A DNA stretch of 5,932 nt from Zygnema circumcarinatum SAG 698-1b. Its lineage: Eukaryota > Plantae > Zygnematophyceae. Below are positions 1 through 5,932 of this stretch, in pieces. The stretch spans positions 1 to 5,932 of the forward strand of contig JBBHKD010000076.1 of assembly GCA_037447605.1 (NCBI GenBank). The letters run 5' to 3'. Numbering within the stretch: the first letter of the stretch is position 1; the number at the start of each line of letters is the position of its first letter. A program made the translations under genes and the position numbers. The notes beneath the pieces were generated by a model. That model searched no databases, had not been told where the DNA came from, and saw only the letters and a list, made by a program, of their open reading frames with translations.

Positions 1-4
1 TGGA

Positions 5-491
5 TGTTGAGCAGCGATGCACATTTGTGAAACGCTTGTAGAGGCGGCGTGGCCCGTGACATCGGTCAACAAGGAAGATGTCACGTAACACGGCCATGGC
101 GGTATATATGGTTTAGCTTGTTTATGTAGGATAACCACATTAGACTACTTGTAGTCCGTGACTTGATACGTACTGCTTCGTGTTCTTTGAGAACATACAG
201 CAATGTCGCAAAAGGTAGTGAAGTAAGGGAGAAGTAGCTAGTGATGAGAGGGGAGAACTTCATGTGGGTGACATTCTTATTATAAAAGGAGTTTAAATGA
301 AGTGAGCTTTCTCACATGCTCTCTAGTGTGTGATTTCAGTAACAAGTCTGCGTTCATTACGTGAGTTATGTTTATGAGTGAAGTGAGATAGAGTGAGAGA
401 AATTGAAGAAGATGTCTTCATCGGTGGGAACCCGGAGTTCCAATGGAGGCGACGGTGGCGTAGGAAGCGTGGCAGAGATCAGACTCCAGCG
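5..491 (+). mobile_element. Copia-type LTR, diverged sister of LTR 4477-4968 (solo LTR or 3' LTR of an element upstream of the window)
   Basis: Starts with TGTTG at 5. Colinear with 4477-4968 through shared blocks: TCGGTCAACAAG..GAAGATGTCAC, ACATTAGACTAC, GAGAGGGGAGAACTTCA, ACATTCTTATTATAAA, GCTTTCTC and GAAGATGTCTTCATCGG..GGAGTTCCAATGGAGG. The 3' end reads GACTCCAGCG versus GACTCAACA, so the terminus is degenerate and approximate. No PBS follows. Confidence 0.72.
281..287 (+). promoter_or_regulatory. Putative LTR TATA box (U3)
   Basis: TATAAAA within the block ACATTCTTATTATAAA(A)GGAG, which is conserved in the LTR at 4477-4968 (TATAAA at 4747). Confidence 0.55.
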
Positions 492-705
492 ATGCGGGAC
501 TAGAGGTACAGCGTTTGGCGTATAGTCTCTGGCCGGATAATGAACTGAAGCGAACATGAAGCGTGAGGCTGGTCGCTGACCCGATGTGACGATAAGTTCG
601 GGGCCGTGGCAGCTGACAAACGAATATCGGCCGGCCTGCTGCTGATATCGCTCAGCGGGCGACACCTTTCGGTCCTGAGGGCCTTGGCCTTGTAGCATGG
701 CAATC

Positions 706-780
706 TCGGAAGATATGCGGGCCTTGAGGGCGAGAGAAAGTATGCCGAGCCGCTAAGTTCGGAAGCTATGCAGGCCTTGA
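706..780 (+). repeat. Degenerate ~53-bp tandem duplication
   Basis: TCGGAAGATATGCGGGCCTTGA (706-727) and TCGGAAGCTATGCAGGCCTTGA (759-780) match at 20/22 with a 53-nt period. Confidence 0.7.
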
Positions 781-843
781 ACCCACTACCGGCCGAACTC
801 ACAGCGCGGCAACTATGGAGAGGCCGGAGTCGCCCGAGCAGCT

Positions 844-1304
844 TCTTGGCAGCAGCTGGCGCGGAAGCTGCATACACCGCTGGCGGCGTGACAAGCAGTC
901 CACGAGGCGGCGTCACGTAGCAGTAAGTAAAGTATATAAGTAGCATTCCTCAAGTAAATATTACTCATACCACATGCCAATAGAGGTGTGCTTGAGATTG
1001 AGAGCGAGCACAGCCAGTTAGGGAGAAGGAAGTAGTGCTTTCTTAGTCTTGAGAAAATAGTAGAGTAGAGGTAGTACAAAAGAAATTTTGCGTGCTTGAC
1101 CGGGGCTGCTTGAATCTGTTGTACTTCACCTCCAAAGAACATCAGCGTTTTATGCCCGGTGGGGCTTTCTCTATCTTGCCGTCTCTTGTCTTGCATCTGT
1201 CTTGAGCTTTCCTTTCGCGAACAGCTGCTGCGAAGATGTCTACGACTCAAGAGCCGAGTGGAGGCGACTCTGTCGAGGGTGGTTCCACCATGGAATTACC
1301 AACA
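844..1304 (+). mobile_element. Probable solo Copia-type LTR, a distant relative of the LTRs at 5 and 4477
   Basis: Ends in CCAACA at 1304 and starts with TCTTGGCAGCAG (degenerate TGTTG; compare TGTTGAGCAGC at 5). Shares CGTGAC..GTCACGTA, GCTTTCTC, GAAGATGTCT and TGGAGGCGAC with LTR 5-491 in the same order. It is absent from the inverted homolog of its flanks. No PBS and no clear TSD. Confidence 0.55.
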
Positions 1305-1690
1305 TAGGCAGCCTAGCAGCACGAGCAGGTTCTGAATAAGACCCGAGACTATGACAGAGTAGTGTAGGTGGGGTTCTTCCCATAGTAAAACTACATCTTA
1401 TATAATATGGCGTCAGTGATGTGACACACCATGTCCGTCAGCGTCGCCATTGCAAGCTCATTCCGCCGTTACAGTGGGCGCACTTCCGGAAATGCTTGAC
1501 TGCTGAAGCGCGCTTGGCAAGCCTACGGCGGCGCCCGACCTAGTTCTTGTCGGATCGTACATCCGTCCGTCTTGTTTAGCCCGTTCATGGCGGCGCTCGC
1601 CGCGGTCTTAAGCCCTTGAGCATCTGGTACATACACTCGAACTTCGCGGACCCGCATTGCGAGTGGTCCCGCGTGGCGCGTACAGTTAAG

Positions 1691-2016
1691 CGTAAATATC
1701 TTCCATATGCGTTTAAACGCCGCCAACTGCGCTCCGCGTTTTGCGCTCGCGCCGCGACCAATCAGAGTCACGCGCATCCGTACTTCGCGAATCTGAGGCC
1801 GTGCCTCGACCAATCAAAGTTGCGCGTTCGTACTCCACTTACTTGTGTCAGTGTCGCGACCAATCAGCGCCGTTTGTTCGTACTCCGCGCACTCGCGGCG
1901 CACTCACCAAAGTCAGAGCACCGACATTCCTAAATCTAAGAGCACTACGCCTAGCAGATCTCATGTTCTACAAACTGAGTACCACAACAAGTTAGTGTGT
2001 GCCATATAATGTCTAA
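1691..2016 (+). repeat. Segment B of an unidentified non-coding repeat
   Basis: Colinear reverse-complement matches to 4018-4278: 2009-2016 vs 4018-4025, 1981-1999 vs 4034-4053 (19 nt plus 1 insertion), 1956-1967 vs 4064-4075 (12/12), 1921-1928 vs 4112-4119, and 1691-1721 vs 4251-4278. Confidence 0.65.
1754..1918 (+). repeat. Degenerate ~50-bp tandem array carrying CCAAT boxes (3 clear units plus 1 decayed)
   Basis: GACCAATCA at 1756, 1808 and 1858, with a decayed CACCAAAGTCA at 1905. CGTACT at 1779, 1829 and 1879 (exact 50-nt period). Confidence 0.75.
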
Positions 2017-2320
2017 CTATCATACACTCAACACTAACAAGTAATGGGATGCTGGGCGACCGGTTGTAAGTGCTAGTCAAAAGACGGGCCAGGAGCCCCA
2101 CAGTCGCATTCGCCACCGTCCGCATAAAGACGGACGGCATTTGTCTCTGGCGTCGCCGTGATCTCGCTGACGCTGGGCGCCGATGGCGCTACGCGACCAG
2201 ATCTCCGCCGCTGATCCCAGATGTCGGCTCGTCCGCATCTACCGTATGGACAACCGGTACGATCCAAAAGAGGGACCGGGGGTGGATACCCATCCCCAGG
2301 TGCGAGGGGCCTAGTGGGTC

Positions 2321-2849
2321 TGTTGGTGCAAGGGGCAAGACTTAAGGGAAGGATAACACATGCCTGGATGAAGCTCAAAACTTTCTTCACCTTCTCCTTG
2401 GGCCACATACCGCTTCCGCCACGATATGCCTTCCATTCCACCCCTTGCCAGGTGCGCACAGCGGAAAACTAAACGCGCCACCTACAAGAACTGCCTTGGC
2501 CTCCCATGGTCTCGCTCCTCAACCCACGCTCCTCCAATGGTCTCCTCGTGTGGGAGGCAAACACACCTACCTATACAATGAAACCGCCTCTACTCCATCC
2601 ACCACACACTAATCCAACACGAGGACTCACATGAGACAGATGATACAAGAAGAAGGAGAAAGCCCACGCCCAAAACTCCTTAAACTCATGAGTGTAACAT
2701 GCTTCCTTGAGAAATCTACATCAATACCTTATGCTAGATTCTCCTCCCTCGCATGAGCACTTATCCTATCCTCCTCATAGCATACTTTTACCCCAACCTG
2801 CAGCAGAGCTGCTAATCTCCGCCCATGAACTCCCTCCTCTACCTCAACA
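2321..2849 (-). mobile_element. Probable solo Copia-type LTR on the minus strand
   Basis: Termini are TGTTG...CAACA (minus strand TGTTGAGG at 2849 to ACCAACA at 2321), length 529 bp. The minus strand contains TTTAAGGAGTTTT..GGGCTTTCTC, resembling TATAAAGGAG(C)TTT..GCTTTCTC of the other LTRs, and CCATTGGAGG, resembling CCAATGGAGG. No PBS, PPT or TSD seen. Confidence 0.5.
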
Positions 2850-3054
2850 TTACGAGGGATTACCACCATCTAAATTCTCCTTCACTAAAAGCTTAGCATG
2901 ATGAGAGCTAGTTCCTTCAATGACCTTCTTCATACACAAGGCCGGACTTTCTAGCTCACCGCTTATTCTTCCTATACAACAACTACCGGTGCTAAAGATA
3001 ACATCATTCAAAGAGAGGAGTGAGTGAGAGAGCCAAGCTTGCTCCCCTCTAAAC

Positions 3055-3489
3055 TATGGCGTGTCGACGCAGACGTGACAATCAATGTCACGCCATAAAA
3101 GACTAAATAGTTTACGCATTCAACGTACCAAAGAAGTCGCTCAACGTACCGCCTACGCGCTCAACAACCCAAATTTCACGGTCTCCATGTAAACCTGACG
3201 CTAAGACCGACTCCACACAAGGTCACCAGACGTTCGGCCGGTCAGTATTGACCGCCCGCCCAGCCGCATATTATCCGCCGGGCTCACAGGCCGACTCTGG
3301 CCCCTCAGCTGGATTCAGCCGTGAGCCGCTAATCGCACTCAAGGGTCCACGAATGCCACGCGCCAATTTCCTCATTCACCAACATCTCCGCCTCAACCGT
3401 ACCGTGGCCGTACGTCACGCCCAAAGATCGGCGTCGTTATCTCAGACGCCGGGCGCTACTCAATCATGTCGCTTCGCGCGTATCCGCCA
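3055..3489 (-). repeat. Inverted, diverged copy of repeat segment A (without the LTR insertion)
   Basis: Same motif chain as 530-1450 in reverse complement. The length (~435 bp) approximates 530-1450 minus the 461-bp LTR. Confidence 0.55.
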
Positions 3490-4017
3490 AGGCCAGCCAT
3501 CTTCCGCTGGCCCATTCAAGCTGCTGCCGTCTCAGATAGCTACACAACTGCATTTAACGGCCTCTTTTCGCTCAAGCAATATTCCGCGGCACCCCTTTGG
3601 TACGACGGCCTAAGCCGCACTTACCCACCCTGCACCTTCCCTAGACCTGCCGTACCATGCCCTATCGATACGGGCACCCCCCATGTTCGGTCCAATACCA
3701 AACATGACCATTCATGCATGACATTGTCCCTATACCACCACATTGATGTCCCGGACAACATCCATGCTAGGAACTAAGTACCAACACCTTGATGTACCTA
3801 TACATCAACAGGGTCTCCCTCGCGGGTCCGCAGCCATCCTGTCAAATGAGGCTAGGCGTACGGACCGTACGGCTGTCGAACCTTTGGCGGTTCGAGCCGA
3901 GGACCTCCTTTTGGTCAACATAGTATCCCGGCGACCCCACCCTCTAGGTAGGCGCCGTGATCTGTAAGGCATGATAAGATGTACTCATCTATATCAGCAA
4001 TAAGTAAGGTGCTATGC

Positions 4018-4278
4018 TTAGACATCAGACGTTCACACTAACATTGTTGTGGTCCTCGCCAGAAACATGAGATCTCGCTAAGAGTGTTCCCAGGAAATAC
4101 CTGGCTTCGCCAATGTCGGGTGGTCCGACGCTACGCGAGGATGCCTGATGCTCTGGCTGAACCGCTGGGCTGCACTTAGCGTCCATGATCGGGTGGACGC
4201 AGGTCAACTACGAGGAGACCGAGTCACAGCCTACGCGACAAGCGCCAACGGGCGCTTAAATGCGACACGGAGATTTCG
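4018..4278 (-). repeat. Inverted, diverged copy of repeat segment B
   Basis: TTAGACAT, CACACTAACATTGTTGTGGT, AACATGAGATCT, AATGTCGG and GGCGCTTAAATGC..GGAGATTTCG match the reverse complement of 2016 to 1691 in order. Confidence 0.65.
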
Positions 4279-4476
4279 CCGGGCGACGCAAGGGCGAACG
4301 TGTACGTGTGCGCCGCTGAACGAATATGCTGCTGCCAGCGCGCCGGGACGCTGGGCATTTTATCGGGCTGCTGTTTCGTCAACGGATCTACGTTCGTATT
4401 ATGGGCGGCTAATCTACCGGACGACCGGACCAAAGCCTGCACGGGCGCGTAGTTTCATGAAAAGACCAGCCGGATG

Positions 4477-4968
4477 TGTTGAACGCAGACCGCCGCCGCA
4501 AACCACGGCGGCCGCGGACGCGACATCGTCGGTCAACAAGCGAAGATGTCACTTTAACACCCGCCATGGCGTATATGTGGTTTGGGGCCTTTTGTTATGA
4601 AGGATACACATTAGACTACCGTAGTCCCGCATCTATTCTCGCGGCCTCGCCGTAAGTTGCCGGGCCTTCCCTGTGTCGCAAGGTAAAGGAGTAAGTGGGA
4701 GAAGTAAATAGTGAGAGGGGAGAACTTCACACAAGCACATTCTTATTATAAAGGAGCTTTTTAGAGTCGCGCGAAGCTTTCTCCTATACTCTCGCGTGAT
4801 TTCCAGCCGCTCGCCTCGGCAGCTCATTCTCAAGGAAGTTACGTGGGCTATGAGTGAAGGAGATAGAGTGAGAGAGAGTGAAGATGTCTTCATCGGGTGG
4901 GGAACCGGAGTTCCAATGGAGGGCAACACGAGGCGTAAGCCGGAGCAATGAGCAGATCCGACTCAACA
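4477..4968 (+). mobile_element. 5' LTR of the Copia element (492 bp)
   Basis: TGTTG at 4477 and CAACA ending at 4968, immediately before AG-TGGTATC. Full-length similarity to 5-491. Confidence 0.82.
4747..4752 (+). promoter_or_regulatory. Putative LTR TATA box
   Basis: TATAAA in a block conserved with 281-287. Confidence 0.55.
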
Positions 4969-4970
4969 AG

Positions 4971-4985
4971 TGGTATCGTGAGCCA
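4971..4985 (+). other. Primer-binding site, tRNA-iMet type (degenerate)
   Basis: TGGTATCGTGAGCCA versus the canonical plant Copia PBS TGGTATCAGAGCC(A) (A replaced by GT), located 2 nt after the LTR terminal CA. Confidence 0.8.
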
Positions 4986-5932
4986 ATGGTGGCTTTAATG
5001 GTATCCTACGCGAAGTCTTCCGGGAAGATTCCGCATTCACCTGGCCACAAAGACTACAAGGTGGAGATGGCGGCTGGTTCCTTTGCTCGTGGGCAAGGGA
5101 CTGTTGGGGTACGTCAACGGCACCATCAAGGCACCGGTGCTACCGGAGGGAGCCACGGCGGAGCAGCAGTCGGAACACGAAGGGGCGCTCGCCAGATGGA
5201 GGGCCAAGGACAACAAAGCGCTCACCCAGATCGTCATGAGTGTGAGGGGAAATCCTTCGTCCATGCTGTATGATCTCCAGACCTCACATGCTATGTGGAG
5301 GTGCTAGAGATGTGTATGATGGTAAAGGGATAACGCCAACATAAGTGAGTCTTTGCACGTGCTAAATTGGGAAGATGAAGTATTAATTTTGCATGAGAAA
5401 TCGAGCGTAATATATGGTCGTTTGGATACCTTGATGGAGAGGTTCATAGCTCTACGTAAAACCGCTAGAGAAAGTGACCATAAGATCGGGCCGCGCCCTT
5501 AGGGGGATTGACCTTCTAGATTTATGTAGTACGCAGTAGCCGCTAGGACCGGCCCTAACAAACTCGAAAATGACCCCTTGAGCAAAGTGAAGCGGAGATC
5601 GGCGAGAGGTATCACCGCCCAAGACACCGAGCAATCAGGAGAAGGCGCTAGCGCCGCACCTTCACAAAGACTAAGAGGAGGTGCGCCAAGTCGGACCGAG
5701 GAGAAATCACTTCGAGCGCAGAAGCTGGCTAATGCGGTGGCAAGATCGCTACTACCGCGCATCGCTACAAGAACAACAAGAAGAGTCCCCAAGATCGTGG
5801 GAGGAGGAGGCGCCGCCGCATTCGCAAGAAGGAGAAGAAAGGCTTCAAGGGAACCGCTTCCGCGCAAGAAGCAGGTCACAAGAGCAATCGAATGCGAGAG
5901 GGCTCCAATGAGACCAATCTGATGATGGCCTA
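4986..5932 (+). pseudogene. gag: Copia gag (frameshifted), runs off the window end
   Basis: Stitched across frames: M..SGKIPHSPGHKDYKV | WRWRLVPLLVGKGLLGYVNGTIKAP..ARWRAKDNKALTQIVMSV..LQTSHAMW | (VLEDVYDGK) ..YGRLDTLMERFIAL..KI(GRALRGLPSRF) .. basic Arg/Lys tract .. zinc-knuckle relic. This matches the known Copia gag pattern (NY..W...M..LL..KGL.GYV.G; W...D.KA...I..SV; KILRSLP.RF). Frameshifts lie near 5061, 5298-5330, 5490-5512 and 5856-5885. Confidence 0.85.
5856..5895 (+). other. Relic CX2CX4HX4C zinc knuckle of gag nucleocapsid
   Basis: GCTTCCGCGCAAGAAGCAGGTCACAAGAGCAATCGAATGC can be reconstructed as C-F-R-C-K-K-Q-G-H-K-A-I-E-C with three 1-nt insertions and one 1-nt deletion. It is preceded by KKGFKGT at the expected position. 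The reconstruction is inferred. Confidence 0.65.

Larger units (their letters stand above)
530..1450 (+). repeat. Segment A of an unidentified non-coding repeat, interrupted by the LTR at 844-1304
   Basis: A colinear chain of reverse-complement matches to 3055-3489: 530-539 vs 3481-3489, 547-559 vs 3464-3475, 788-798 vs 3232-3242 (11/11), 826-832 vs 3208-3214, and 1421-1445 vs 3066-3091. Confidence 0.55.
4477..5932 (+). mobile_element. Ty1/Copia LTR retrotransposon, 5' portion (LTR-PBS-gag), degenerate, continuing beyond the window
   Basis: Canonical order: LTR ending CAACA, a 2-nt spacer, an iMet-type PBS, then gag-like coding sequence with a zinc-knuckle relic. Confidence 0.88.

Noticed and set aside
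491-502. Exact 12-nt inverted match GATGCGGGACTA / TAGTCCCGCATC with 4622-4633
   Set aside because: It is isolated, not part of a colinear chain. One or two such 12-mers are expected by chance in a 6-kb two-strand self-comparison.
839-1309. Target-site duplications around the candidate solo LTRs
   Set aside because: The flanks do not match (CAGCT/TAGGC for 844-1304; GGGTC/TTACG for 2321-2849), so TSDs cannot be claimed and solo-LTR status remains inferred.
1645-1673. Imperfect GC-rich hairpin CGCGGACC...GGTCCCGCG
   Set aside because: Short and imperfect, expected in GC-rich DNA, and not evidently conserved in the inverted copy.
1754-1918. CRISPR-like array (short repeats with variable spacers)
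   Set aside because: Conserved parts are only 6-9 nt, the spacers are related to each other, no cas genes are present, and the context is a eukaryotic retrotransposon region.
3042-3050. Minus-strand AGAGGGGAG as a polypurine tract
   Set aside because: It is not followed by a TG LTR start; the nearest minus-strand LTR begins about 190 nt away.
372-4600. ORFs of 60-150 aa from the six-frame track (e.g. 500-946, 813-1250, 1616-1933, 2073-2459, 3248-3613, 4148-4600)
   Set aside because: No recognisable domains. They are Arg/Ala/Pro/Ser-rich, as expected by chance in GC-rich DNA, overlap on both strands, and cross LTR or repeat boundaries.
5-4968. LTRs 5-491 and 4477-4968 as the two ends of one element (LARD/TRIM-like with a 4-kb non-coding interior)
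   Set aside because: There is no PBS after the first LTR and no polypurine tract before the second. The PBS and gag follow the second LTR, making it a 5' LTR, and the two LTRs are too diverged to be a pair.
5499-5922. ORFs 5499-5879 (-), 5578-5922 (+) and 5681-5911 (+) as separate genes
   Set aside because: They are antisense or off-frame shadows of the frameshifted gag.

Overview
Eukaryotic, probably plant-lineage, transposon-rich DNA with no intact gene. The right end (4477-5932) is the 5' part of a Ty1/Copia LTR retrotransposon. It has an LTR (TGTTG...CAACA), a degenerate tRNA-iMet primer-binding site, and a heavily frameshifted gag with an N-terminal 'DYKVW..LLVGKGLLGYVNG', a UBN2-like region and a relic CCHC zinc knuckle. 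A diverged sister LTR sits at 5-~491. Two more distantly related LTR-like units lie at 844-1304 (+) and 2321-2849 (-). The DNA between the LTRs is non-coding and consists largely of diverged, mutually inverted copies of an unidentified GC-rich repeat (530-1450 vs 3055-3489; 1691-2016 vs 4018-4278). One copy carries a 50-bp-phased CCAAT array. I found no support for a novel protein-coding system. The most interesting signals are the clustering of Copia LTRs in this repeat, a conserved ATG inside the LTR 3' end, and conserved regulatory-looking motifs. All alignments were done by eye and need computational confirmation.
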